DNA of 64,000 nt from Lingula anatina (taxonomy: Eukaryota > Animalia > Brachiopoda). The stretch covers positions 13,888,001-13,952,000 of the forward strand of contig CM120645.1 of assembly GCA_051362555.1 (NCBI GenBank), in the 5' to 3' direction. A program made the translations under genes and the position numbers. The notes below the pieces were generated by a model. The model was not told the origin of the DNA. It saw only the letters and a program-made list of their open reading frames with translations, and ran no database searches. Position 1 is the first letter of the stretch; every line of letters begins with the position of its first letter. Below, piece by piece: positions 46,801 through 60,109 of this stretch.

Positions 46801-49800
46801 TTATGATATTTTTAAAACAAATGATCATAAATAAAAATTATCAAACACAAGCTGAATAACTTTCATACCATTAGCTTACAGCCAACTTGGATGTAGGCCT
46901 TCATCAGACTGATGTGGGCAGATGTTGTTACTCACTGACTGCTAGGTGGTATAGCAGCCAGGACCCTCTTATAAATGTCTTAAGCTAACAGTATAAAAGT
47001 TTTTCGGCTTGTGTTTGACAATTTTTATTAATGATCCAACAACCAAGGTAACAAATTTTTTTGCTCAAATTTCTTAGGTATCTGCAGATGGCCAGTTCAG
47101 CAAGGTAGGATCAGACCAAGTCAACTACCTGACCATGGTGTATGTGAGAGCGAAGATTGTTGACTGGGCTTTCAATGGGGTGTCAGAAGCTGTTACCATA
47201 GCAACCAGATATAGTGCTGCTCGAAGACAGGGATCCATGAAACCAGGGTACCAATATTATGTTTATATTACAAACTTTTTCGCAAAATTTTTGTTGAAAT
47301 GTGATTTGCCAAATGTAATATTGTTGTAGGCTTAGGTACAAAATATTGTATATATTTTTTCCTTTATTAGGTTAAGATTGGTATTTAGATTATCATCATA
47401 TTGAGCAGCATACATAAAAATTACATCAATTACCAGATTTTCTCAAATACAAATTACGGATTTTTTTAACAGTAATTTTTTTTTCATTTTATTAACATTT
47501 AAATACATATTATAAGAATATGGTAATTCCAGAGATCCAGAGGTGCAGATCATGGATTATATGACACAGCAGTACAAGTTGTTTCCAGCACTGGCGGCAG
47601 CATATGCACTGTTCTTTGCCAAAGAGCAAATCATGAAGGAGTATGTCAGGGTGACCCAGGAGATTCAAGATGATGGCAATTTTAAATCTCTCCCAGAGGT
47701 ATGTGAGATATTTTCATAGAACTAAATATTATGTTTTAATGTACATCTGAAGATAAATTATCTTTGGATCCTAGAAGTTTCTTTCAGTTTCCATTGTTTT
47801 TTAAAGATTATATGAAACTTTTAGCATAGCACACAGAGAAAGAAATGATAATAGTAATGATAGAATTAAATATTTGAATATATGTATATCTTCTAGATGT
47901 GACATTTAATCATTATGTTCAGATATTTGTGAAATCTTCTCGAAAAAAGATGACTTTTACCTCACTGTGTAATATGTTGATCACATGTGCAATTCTTATT
48001 TTTTCTAATTTTCTCATTCTTATACATTTTTAGCCTTTATATTTTACTCCCCATGACCACCAGGGTGACCCATCCTTTAAAGTAGAAATGCAAAATCATT
48101 ATCTGTTATTCTTTCTGCTTCCTTTGGGCTTCTTTCTGCTTCCTTGTGACTTTGATAAGCTTTTAATTGTTCATTTGGTTTCTGATATGTAACTATCTTT
48201 GTATCTTGTGTTCAGCTTCACAGCCAGGCCGCTTGTCTAAAATCATTCAGTTCGGACAGCAGTAGCCACTTGATAGAGGTGTGTAGGAGGGCATGTGGTG
48301 GGCATGGGTACTTAATCAGTGCCAACCTGAGCACGATTGGTGTTGACAATGTCAGCGTGGTGACGGCTGAGGGAGAAAACACAGTCATGTTTTTGCAGAC
48401 AGCAAGGTAATGTAGAGGGCATAACAAATACTACATGTGGGAGTTCAAGCCAGTTACAGTTGGTTGCAGCTAATTTCAGCCAGTGTCAACCAATTTTAGA
48501 CAGTTTCAGCCAGTTACAACTTATTTCAGTCAGATTCAGCCAATTACAGCTGACTTCAGGCAATTTCAGCCAATAGTACTGAGGTTATTGCACTGATAAG
48601 CGTAATACTAATAATAATAATAATAATATATTTATTTTGAGTCTAAACTCCATATAAATATGTTCATTAGACTTTACAAATATGTACATACAAATAACAG
48701 ATAGACAACTGGTCATAACACACTGTGTACACGATCTCGCCTCCCTGGGGAGGATACAGCCCCGCTGCCGTATGAGGCGCTGAGTGCTATCAAACTGACA
48801 ATATCGTTCTCTGCCTGACCAGGACCCTGCTTCAACCCCAAAGTGCTGAGTGCCAAGCGGGGAGACAGCAGGTACCATTTATAAAGGACTGGTATGTCCC
48901 CGGACGGGGTTTGAACCCACGTCCTCCCGCTCCGGAGGCGGACACTCTAACCACAAGGCCATCCGGTCAAAAGCAGACAAAAAGCAGCCAGTTGGTTGGT
49001 TTCACCTGATCTTTTTTATCCCTGTTTGTGTCTTTACACTCTATGATCTTGGTGCAAAGCTTCTCACTCTCACTCGTATTGGGGCACTGAAATAGCTATT
49101 TGTGTTTGAAGTTGTAGTCATCAACCACATTGCGAGAAATAATTCACAGTTATCACATTTTACTATTTTCTGTGGGGACCATTATCCACTAATAGTGCGA
49201 AAAAGAAGGAAAATAGCAGACTTCAGCTTGTAAAACTTGTGGCTTGGTTAACCCTGGAAAATGTGAATGACTTAAAAGTAGAAGGTTTTCTGAGTAACAT
49301 TAACAGGCATGATACTTCAGACTCTCCCTTGGTTCAATTTTGCTTATAATTGCTTATAATTTTATCTTACTTATAAGCTTGTAGGATTAATTTTGTTAAT
49401 AATTTCAGGACCAGGCAGCATTTCTATTTCTTGTGAAAAGAAAGCCACCAATGATAAAGCCACATAGTAATTTTTATTTAAAGAAAATTCCAGATAAGAA
49501 GGAATTTCAGTTCTGAACCCAAAAACTGAAAAGACCCAGTGGTTGTCATTTATGCCTAGTCAAAGAGCTTTCAAGCCTTCCATTGCAATTACTTATTTCA
49601 GTTCCATGGAATTCTATGTGGAATGAAAGCTCTAAGCACAACAACTTCAGTTGAGGAAATTGAGACATTGCGTCGAGGTTGTGGTGGACATGGCTACTTG
49701 GTTAGCTCTGGGCTGCCCCAGTTGCTATGGTTTCATCTTGTCTTATTCACCGGAGAGGGCGAGAATACTGTGTTATACCTGCAGAGTGCCAGGTAGATCT

Positions 49801-52800
49801 CCACTGGATACCAAATTCCTGGATTTTGAAGATTTTTTTTCTCTTTTTCTGGCCAAGTGCATAAAAATTTATGTGATAAATGAAAATTCACCGAATGTGT
49901 CAGTATATTGCATCAGAGATATTGATATAAAATGTTGATCCCTTGCTTCACCTGCTGGGTGATTGTAATACCCCAATTACATCCTTATTTACTGACACTT
50001 TGGCCCTGCTGGTACTAACCTTTGATGTTGGCGGTCATGGATTCAAACCTCAAATGGGTTAGAACAAAGACCCTCATAAAAAATGACACATTTTGTCTGT
50101 ACGCATAGGCATGATGTTATATATACATACATCTCACTCATACTGAAAAAATTCATTAAATTGCAACGTCTGGGCAGCATCCATACTGAGAAGTAATTTT
50201 CTGTCAGTGCATTCAGCCATATTCTAGAGAGGCCAATACCCTCTAAGAGTGCTAATATCATGATGATTATAATCTTTGCTAACCTAGCTATACAGCATAC
50301 TGCTAAAATGATATTTTAGTGCTTAAGTAAATTTTGACATTTTAAAAATTGTTTATTATAAAAGAAAAGAAAAACACATACGTACAAGTAAAAGCAAAGT
50401 GAAAATATATGCAAGAGGTATAAAAATAGATTAGATTTCGGTGAAAGCAAGTTTAAGTTATCTAAATGCTACAGGCAGTGGTTGCAGCCAAGTGGCTCAT
50501 TGCTGGAGAGTAAGTTCTGGTTTTATTTCAGTTTCTTGACCTGATGAGTGGTTCTGTGATAATTATGATGTTTCATCTCCAATGTTTAGAAAATGCATTT
50601 GTGATATTTGTTATTACAAACATGGATGACTGGATCCTTTTCAGTGTTAATATTTACCTCATATAAATGCCCTTTTACTTTTAGCTGTCATGCTGATTTC
50701 ATAATTGTACCACCAGCGTTAGCGCTGGCGGTACACATGGTTTCGGTCTCGTCCGGATCGTTCCGCCGGCTCCGCCGGCTCCGCCGGCTCCGCCGGCTCC
50801 GTTGGCTCCGCCGGACGGCTACCGTTACCGCTTCTCCTCCTAGACGGTAAGGCCCCCCATACCCATCTCATGGATTTAGGTCACCTATAATCTCAACTCG
50901 TTCCACGTAAAATTTGGGCTTTGTCGGTATTGGGGTCTGGGTGTGGCACTCATTGCAATGCACCCTTGTCCAAAAATGGCAAAATTAAATGCTAATTATC
51001 TACCCTACGGAAGGAGTTACGGGAAAAATTTCTACAGACGGCTTTCCAAAAGTCATATGTGTAGATTTCAAATATACCCTCGGATTTGACCTTTGACCTT
51101 TACTTCAAGGTCAAATGGGCCAAAATTTTCAAAAAAATGAAATTTTTTACGAAAAAAAAATTTTTTGCCCTGTTATTCAGACACCACACAGACTTAACCA
51201 ATAATATTATTGGAAAGTGTTACCCTTCAGGTCATCTTTCATCTCCGTGAATTTGGGGTCAATCGGTGCATTTTCACAGGAGTAGCGGCCATAAGATACC
51301 GAAACTGAAAACTGTCTCTAATTCGGGAACCGTTAATGCTAGAGACCCATTCTTTTTTGCATTTTGTAGAGCATGTAAAGCCCAACACTGGAGGTGGTCT
51401 CGGTTTTTTTGTATTCCATACGGTTTTCGAGTTACGATGTATCAAAAAGTACATATTGGTGGTGAAAGGAAAATGTACGGAAGCCCACTGGTGCCATATG
51501 TCGAAAAAAAAATTATCTCGAAATTTCGAGATACTATTTTGAAATTTGAACAAAAAAATTTACCACCAGCGTTAGCGCTGGCGGTACACATGGTTTCGGT
51601 CCCGTCCGGTCCGTTCCGCCGGCTCCGCCGCCATGTTACCGTTACCGCTTCTCCTCCTAGACGGTAAGGGCCCCCGTACCCATCTCATGGATTTAGGTCA
51701 CCTATAATCTCAACTCGTTCCACGTAAAATTTGGGCTTTGTCGGTATTGGGGTCTGGGTGTGGCACTCATTGCAATGCACCCTTGTCTAAAAATGGCAAA
51801 ATTAAATGCTAATTATCTACCCTACAGAAGGAGTTACGGGAAAAATTTCTATAGACGGCTTTCCAAAAGTCATATGTGTAGATTTCAAATATACCCTCAG
51901 ATTTGACCTTTGACCTTTACTTCAAGGTCAAATGGGTCAAAATTTTCAAAAAAATGAAATTTTTTACGAAAAAAAATTTTTTTGCCCTGTTATTCAGACG
52001 CCACTCAGACTTAACCAATAATATTATTGGAAAGTGTTACCCTTCAGGTCATCTTTCATCTCCGTGAATTTGGGGTCAATCGGTGCATTTTCACAGGAGT
52101 AGCGGCCATAAGATACCGAAACTGAAAACTGTCTCTAATTCAGGAACCGTTAATGCTAGAGACCCATTCTTTTTTGCATTTTGTAGAGCATGTAAAGCCC
52201 AACACTGGAGGTGGTCTCGGTTTTTTTGTATTCCATACGGTTTTCGAGTTACGCTGTATCAGAAAGTACATATTGGTGGTGAAAGGAAAATGTACGGAAG
52301 CCGACTGGTGCCATATGTAGAAAAAAAAATTATCTCGAAATTTCGAGATACTATTTTGAAATTTGAACAAAAAAAATTTTTATCTCGAAATTTCGAGATA
52401 GCATTTTGAAATTTGAACAAAAAAAAAATTATCTCGAAATTTCGAGATAGCATTTTGATATTTGAGCAAAAAAATTTATCTCGAAATTTCGAGATAGTAT
52501 TTTGAAATTTGAACAAAAAAAATGCTATCTCGAAATTTCGAGATAATTTTTTTTTTTCAACATATGGCACCAGTCGGCTTCCGTAAAAATGTGCAGTACG
52601 GTAATGGATAATAAATTTTGAACTCCGGAAAAATAAAACATAATGCTTGGCAAAGCAGACAACTTGTGGTCAAAAATGACATTATTTTATCAAATTTAAA
52701 CTTCTGCAACTTCAGAGAACCTCCCATTTCAAGAACTTTGACCAAAATGACCTTTTCTTTATTTTAATTAATTTTTTCTGTAGGAAATTTATGGCACATT

Positions 52801-55800
52801 ATGGTAACTCCAAAATTATAACATTTAGTCCCTTATATCTCCAAAACTGGCATAGATAGGTCCATAGTTACTATTGAAGTTGAATAGGAAGTCATATACT
52901 GGCAATCTTACTGTGACCTTGACATTGACCTTTGACCTACTTTTCACCATGAACTGAACTTTGCAAATTTTGCTTCCCTTTTATCTCCAAAACTGGCAGA
53001 GATAGGTCCATAGTTACTATTGAAGTTGAATAGGAAGTCATATACTGGCAATCTTACTGTGACCTTGAAATTGACCTTTGACCTACTTATCACCATGAAC
53101 TGAACTTTGCAAATTTTGCTTCCCTTTTATCTCCAAAACTGGCAGAGATAGGTCCATAGTTACTATTGAACTTGAATAGGAAGTCATATACTGGCAATTT
53201 TACTGTGACCTTGAAATTGACCTTTGACCTACTTTTCACCATGAACTGAACTTTGCAAAATTTGCTTCCCTTTTATCTCCAAAACTGGCAGAGATAGGTC
53301 CATAGTTACTATTGAACTTGCATAGGAAGTCATATACTGGCAATTTTACTGTGACCTTGAAATTGACCTTTGACCTTCTTTTCACCATGAACTGAACTTT
53401 GCAAATTTTGCTTCCCTTTTATCTCCAAAACTGGCAGAGATAGGTCCATAGTTACTATTGAAGTTGAATAGGAAGTCATATACTGGCAATCTAAATGTGA
53501 CCTTGAAATTGACCTTTGACCTACTTTTCACCATGAACTGAACTTTGCAAATTTTGCTTCCCTTTTATCTCCAAAACTGGCAGAGATAGGTCCATAGTTA
53601 CTATTGAAGTTGAATAGGAAGTCATATACTGGCAATCTTACTGTGACCTTGAAATTGACCTTTGACCTACTTATCACCATGAACTGAACTTTGCAAATTT
53701 TGCTTCCCTTTTATCTCCAAAACTGGCAGAGATAGGTCCATAGTTACTATTGAACTTGAATAGGAAGTCATATACTGGCAATTTTACTGTGACCTTGAAA
53801 TTGACCTTTGACCTACTTTTCACCTTGAACTGAACTTTGCAAAATTTGCTTCCCTTTTATCTCCAAAACTGGCAGAGATAGGTCCATAGTTACTATTGAA
53901 CTTGCATAGGAAGTCATATACTGGCAATTTTACTGTGACCTTGAAATTGACCTTTGACCTTCTTTTCACCATGAACTGAACTTTGCAAATTTTGCTTCCC
54001 TTTTATCTCCAAAACTGGCAGAGATAGGTCCATAGTTACTATTGAAGTTGAATAGGAAGTCATATACTGGCAATCTAAATGTGACCTTGAAATTGACCTT
54101 TGGCCTACTTTTCACCATGAACTGAACTTTGCAAATTTTGCTTCCCTTTTATCTCCAAAACTGGCAGAGATAGGTCCATAGTTACTATTGAAGTTGAATA
54201 GGAAGTCATATACTGGCAATCTTACTGTGACCTTGAAATTGACCTTTGACCTACTTTTCACCATGAACTGAACTTTGCAAATTTTGCTCCCCTTTTATCT
54301 CCAAAACTGGCAGAGATAGGTCCATAGTTACTATTGAAGTTGGATAGGAAGTCATATACTGGCAATTTACTGTGACCTTGAAATTGACCTTTGACCTACC
54401 TTACAATGAACTTAACTTTGATTGCACCATTTTTAGTTATATATATTTTTTGCATATTTTGAAAATTCTTGTTGATTGCATTTTTACAGCTTGTCAAGCA
54501 CAAGACTGGTGGCTGCACCCCTTATTTTGTGTATGTGGGGGTCTATACGAATGCGCTTGCTCCAGCTGGTGGTACAATATTCGGAGGCGGTATCGCCTCT
54601 CTGATCCTCTAGTTATAATATCATTTCCATATTAAATCTATTATTGCGGAAATACATGAAATTCCTTATCTTCACTACAGCAGTAATTTTTTTACATGAA
54701 AACCCAAGTTATTTTATTGTGCATGATTCCAAGAAAAGAAATTCAGTATCTAGATGTATATTCTTAAAGAAAATATTTTTTTCATCTTTGTAGAGACCAT
54801 TCCTGTTTCACAAAGTTATTTTGTAAACCAATTCTAATCCTAGCATTTTCCACTTCAGGTATCTCATGAAGAGTTTTGCCAAGTCAACAATGGGTCAACC
54901 ACTGCCTGCCACCGTCCAGTATCTTTCCAGGCACTGGTCAAGTTATGAATGTCCAGTTCGTAGTGAGAGAGACTGTTTGAATCATAATGTCATCAGTGAT
55001 ATCTATCTTAAGAGAGCCAGCTAGTATGTATTGCCATAAGTATACTGAGAAACTGGCTTTCAAACACAGTAACTATAAGGCAAATAAGGCATCCCATTGG
55101 CATAGAATACTCCTGCACAATTAAAATTATTAAACCAGAGCATTTATTCAGATTTTTATATGGCCTTAAAGAATAGCATCATCTTCAAATTCCCTGACAG
55201 TCCTCTCACAGTCTTTGAAATCGGTTCCTGAATTTTAATGTTGAATGTTGTCTTAGTTGATAAAATCTGGAATAAATCATTTGAGTGCTAAACAACACTT
55301 ATAAAATGTACATCTCTTTAACTCCCACAATTTTATCACGTTTTCATGTTAAACTACCATCAATCATGTTAATCAGTAAAATTGATGTAATTCCCCCCTC
55401 TACTTCAGTCTGGTCAAGAGAGCCGCTGACCACTTACAGAGAAGACTGAGCGCAGGTGACCCCCAGCACGTGGCCTGGAACAGAGCATCCATTGACCTTG
55501 TAACAGCAGCAGTGGTAAGGGCAGTAGTAAGGCGTGTTCAGACCAAGTCTAAATAAAATGGAAAATGGTTTTTCTGAATGCCTCAGACAGCCTGATCACA
55601 CATAAGGAGCATTCAGAACAAGCTGATCCATGGACAAACAGATCCGTGGATCAAATATGGCACTGATGCATTGCTGAGATGTATAACATGCACCAGGTCC
55701 TGGAACATTTACAATTTAAATATTAAAAAAACAAAAAAATTAACATTTTATTGCAGCCTATTTAGGATTTGTACTGTTGCTTCAAAAATTTTAATCTTTT

Positions 55801-56787
55801 TTATATCTAAGGTCACACTGAGTAGCCAAACATATTTTCATTTTGTACTGATGCTTAAAAATAAATCTTTTCAATGTCCAGGGACACGCTCAGGCATTTG
55901 TTGTATGTAACTTCTGCACCAGCCTGTGTCAGTTGGATGCTGATACACAGATCCTTGAAGTGCTGTCAACTCTGTGCTCTTTCTATGGTCTGCACTTGAT
56001 CAACAAACATTCCGGGGAATTCCTAGAGGTTGGTATAATTGCTACATTTAAATCTTTTGGGAAATTTGAAGTCTTTGCACTTAATCGTCAAATTTTCTAG
56101 GGAATTTCTAGATGTTGGTGTAGGTTATGACATTTATACTAGTAACTTTTTTTGGATGTTTGAAGTCTGCACTTGATGGTCAAATATTCTGTGGAATTCC
56201 TAAAAGTTAGTGTAATTGTCATATTGAAAAATTTGTAGAAGATGTGAACTCGTTGATTTACCAAAACATTGTATACAATTCACATTGTTGGATAATAAAG
56301 CACTATCCTTGATGATCTGTCAGAGAAATTATTTCACACACCCATTTATTTCTTAGACTATCAACTGTTGGGAAATATATTATGTAATATTTTATATTTT
56401 CCTTGTGTTTTAGGCTGGCTCCATTAGCTGTAACCAGCTGGAGTTGATACGGAGACAGGAGCAGGCTTTGCTTGCTGTGATAAGGTAGGCTGATGGATGT
56501 GCAGTGCTGGGGAAATAAAAAGGATTTCCAGAATTTTTATTATGTTACTCTTGCTGACATGTTATTTATTATTTTGGCTGAAATGTCATGATTTTATTTC
56601 AAGTCTTCTGAAAAAAAGTTTTGTGTTATTATTATATTATTGTGTTATTATTGGATACATTCAGAGTCCTACCTTAGAGCATGCAATTCTATGCAATAAT
56701 TTTTTTGTTTTAGACCCAGTGCTGCATTTCTCTGTGATTTTCATTCCTTATTTGCCATGAGACCAAATGCTGTTGCTATCAGTGTTT

Positions 56788-56827
<40 letters not shown>

Positions 56828-57282
56828 TTTTAGACCCAACGCCGTAGCACTCTGTGATGCCTTTGACTACCATGATGTGACCCTGAACTCCGCTCTAGGA
56901 GGCTATGATGGCAATGTTTACGAAGAGCTTTATGGACGTGCCAAACAAAGTCTGCTCAACAAAACTGAAGTGAGTCAGGTGTACTCTAAATAACTATATA
57001 ATATTATTTACAGTTAGATGAAGTTGAAGCACACATTTTAAATTCTCTTCTGAATGCAGTTATAAGTTCAGTGCTAATCATTTGGTTTACCGGTATATTC
57101 AAGTTAATTTCTCTATAATGGATACATTTAACCAGAAGTACAATAATGTTATACTATTTATCTATTTATTTCTTTATTTTCTTTTGTTTAATACTTTTGA
57201 TTCTTTTGTTCTATGCCAGGTTTTACCCAGCTACTACAAGCATATCCAGCCACTGCAGAGACGACTCAAGGCAAGATTATGA
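40834..57282 (+). CDS. ACOX1: Peroxisomal acyl-CoA oxidase 1-like, ~15 exons
   Basis: Approximate exons: 40834-40981 ([28 protein letters not shown]), 42313-42466, 43012-43166 ([11 protein letters not shown]), 44299-44406 (LETTATY, KWWPG), 44878-44997, 46025-46140 ([11 protein letters not shown]), 47078-47247, 47533-47698, 48216-48406 (RRACGGHGY, catalytic [13 protein letters not shown]), 54859-55023, 55409-55514, 55882-56028, 56414-56484, 56834-56969 ([24 protein letters not shown]) and 57220-57282. The protein ends in the PTS1-type tripeptide ARL. Confidence 0.92.
41914..42109. mobile_element. EnSpm/CACTA-type MITE (CCC termini, 2-bp TSD TT)
   Basis: CCCTTAGCAAAAT ... ATTTTGCTAAGGG; an inverted relative of 9183-9397. 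Confidence 0.7.
43190..43557. mobile_element. Nested pair of related Harbinger-type MITEs (inner copy 43215-43389, TAA TSD)
   Basis: The outer TIR GCACATTCAGAACAG..CTAACAG is interrupted at TAA by an inner palindromic element of similar sequence. Confidence 0.65.
45581..45917. mobile_element. Kolobok-like MITE (TTAA TSD, purine termini)
   Basis: TTAA|AGGGATAATAACTCTTC ... GAAGAGTCATTATCCCC|TTAA. Confidence 0.7.
48444..48574. repeat. Degenerate short tandem repeat (TTCAGCCAGTTACA)
   Basis: The motif recurs about 6 times in an ACOX1 intron. Confidence 0.6.
48606..48967 (-). mobile_element. tRNA-derived SINE (MetaSINE-like)
   Basis: On the - strand: A box TGGCCTTGTGG, B box GGTTCAAACC, then AATGGTACCTGCTG...TTGGCACTCAGCA resembling the Meta domain, and an (ATT)n tail. 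Confidence 0.7.
50702..54612 (+). mobile_element. Non-autonomous Helentron, copy D (11 tandem units, nested MITE, duplicated head), in an ACOX1 intron
   Basis: Near-identical reverse complement of copy B. Begins TAATTGTACCACCAGCGTTAGCGCTGGCGGTAC, carries (CCGCCGGCT)n and ends GATCCTCTAG|TT. Confidence 0.8.
52830..54400. repeat. 146-bp tandem array (11 units) inside Helentron D
   Basis: Reverse complement of the array in copy B; TTGACCTTTG recurs about every 146 bp. Confidence 0.95.
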
Positions 57283-59783
57283 TACACAGTCTCATCACCA
57301 TTTTGAGGTGATCAGAAGTCAAAGTCATGATTTCCATATTAGTGAAAAGCAAAAAATGAACTTGAATTTTAATCCTTTTAGTATGCTGTTCCATATGATG
57401 CTTTTACTGGCCAAGAGATACATAATAGCATACGCTGATCTATTTAAACTTAGCATTCCTTTGATAATTATTACCCATTGATTTTTAGAAAATTATCCAC
57501 TTTTATCTCTATGCCCGAATGTCTTTGCCATCAGGAGTGGAATTGAAATCTGGGACATAATTTTTAGCTTTTCAGAGTTTTGGCAATTAATAGATTCCAT
57601 ACTTAGGTCTTTCTACTCCTATATTTTCTGCTTTTATATATTAATTAGAAAAGTAATACCTCATTTTCTGGGCCAACTGTGTTGATTTTTTTTTTCAGTT
57701 TGAAAACATGAAGACTGTGAGTGCTTTTATTTGGCACATTATACTGCAGTGCAGGCAGTATTGTTAAATTGTTTTTTCTCTAAGAGTAAGCCAGTACTTT
57801 TCCTCAGACTTACCTTTATCACATTATTTTAAAAAAGATTTTGATATTGTTTTGCTTGTAAGCCCTGTGTGGTATTGTACATTGAAAACATGAATAGTTT
57901 TTAATGCCAACTTAATTGTATGTTTTAATGTTTAAAATATTGTTAGATATATTTTATATTTGAAAGAAGATTTTTAAAAAGAAAAAAAATAAGACTTATT
58001 TTAAAGCAAGTAAGTGACTGTAAAATATTACGTACTGCTCACGGTGGCTGCCAGTCCCCCCTCCCCTCCAATCAGGAGCCTCCCATCGGTCGCTCCCCAG
58101 TCACGATAGGATCATTCAAGACGAGGCTCCGGTGGGGCAAATCTTGGCGATAAAACCCCAATAACTAGTGGTATACATCTGGGATTCGGGCTGATTTTTC
58201 TAAAAACCTGGGGGGAGGGCGGGGAATTTGAAAATTGTATATAAAATTTAAAGTTTTCCTTGCACTTTCCCCCCTGATTATCATTCTTGTGGAGGGGGGA
58301 GGGGGTGATAACTTGAACGCACTTGTTTTCTTCGTCCTACAGTGTAGGTAGAGGGGACAGGAAGGGGTACATAAGAAGCGAAGGGAGGGACGTATTCGAC
58401 AGAAGTGGTCTTATTTATAAAACTCCATCATACGTGATGCCCGTAGAGACTTTCCCAATAATCTTGCGCTGTCCCAATAGGCTCCATTTTAACTGTACAA
58501 GCAAAAAAAAAGGCACAGAAGCGCCATTTTCACTAACAGATTCCTGCTGAATTGTTAATGGAGTGAAATACAAAGCACCAACTGCATAGTAGCGCCTGAC
58601 TTTTTCTTCTTTTTCTCAAAAATTACTCTTTTTTATGAATAAAAGAAACGACCGACTGAAGATTAATTGCGCACATGATTAAAACACTGCGCCGATTTAT
58701 GTATATCTGCTACCCATAACTCACTGGTTCTTGGACTGACGCAAGCTGGCCTTATATGGAATCCAAGCCGAGTAATGCTCATTTGAGAAATTCATGAAAA
58801 TAAGATTTAATGTGTTAAGACTTTTAGACCTGCTTGGCTGCGCCGATGGTAAATGAAACAACGTTATATTTGCATAACATTTATTGTTATCGATATACTC
58901 ACAATGTCAATCACCAATGGTGTAGTCGTAATATTGAATATATTAAATAAACAGATTAACAATAAAATTACAAATTGAAAAATATATGTAATTGCAAAAT
59001 CCCTGTATGGTATATTAAATGTTTATCGTTACCCGATAATGTTCTGCTAGATTCAGGATTATTCCAAGGGTTTGGGAAAAAGGGAGTGCACAAAAATTGG
59101 AAATGTTGGCATGTAGACAAGGGTAATTTTACTGTGACATATTGGGCACAAGGATGACAAAACGTTTGGTTTTATCTCGTTTCGCCCATTCTATTGTTTT
59201 TCTTATTTTAAGAGTGAGTAAAAGGAGATGGGGGTATCTCCAAAGCTATCAGAAGCACGCGACCGCTGTGCACCCCTCCTCCCATGGCCTGAGCCCTCAC
59301 CGCTATGGGCGCATTCACAAAAGCGGACTAACATGTCGCGGATCAAATATGGCCGACCCACTTGGATTCTTACGGGTAAACCCCGCGTGGAATCTATTCA
59401 GTGTCTATTAGGGGATAAGAAGGAAGTTTTAAAGTTTTGATCCGCGGACTAGTCAGCCCGCTGCTGTTAATTAGGCCTATGACAACCTTTCGATAAATGG
59501 AGAATTATTTATCATAATAAACATGTACTCATACAACAACATTAAAATTATATATGTAACAAAATGTGTTGAAAGGTAAAATTAAATTAAATGCAAGTAC
59601 AATAAATTGTCACAGCACTCAAACGATTTCAAATTGATCGTGTATCTAGTGCTTAAAATTGATTAATTATTAATAGCATGCCTATAAAATATTAACTGAC
59701 GATTACTTTGAGCAACACGAGTGCAGGGTATGTCACTGTAGTGCAAAGTGCTTGAACTAATGTCAGTTTGTTACACCGTTTAA

Positions 59784-60109
59784 AGGAATAGTAACTCTTC
59801 GTATGAGATCTATATTTCACAATAAAAACATTGTGAACAACTCATAGAAATATAATATATTCTCTTTTACCACAAAAACGGCAGTTACAGCTATTATTCT
59901 GATATCTTAGTGTCTTTATACCACGTGACCTCCATTGATGGCTATACTCTGTCATAATCTCTTAAGAGGATTAAGAGATTATAACAAAAACTAACTTTGA
60001 ACTAACTTTGAATGTAAACATGGATTCATTAACCATTGGTAAGTATGGGGAAATTGTTGCTTACTCCAGGAAAATTCATTTTTGGCCAAAACGAACTGTT
60101 ATTATCCCT
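59784..60109. mobile_element. Kolobok-like MITE, inverted copy of 45581-45917 (partial third copy at ~62500-62670)
   Basis: TTAA flanks; shares internal sequence such as CCACGTGACCTCCATT and GGTAAGTATGGG. Confidence 0.7.

Noticed and set aside
48895-48967. tRNA gene
   Set aside because: The A and B boxes are followed by a SINE body and a simple-repeat tail, so this is a SINE head.
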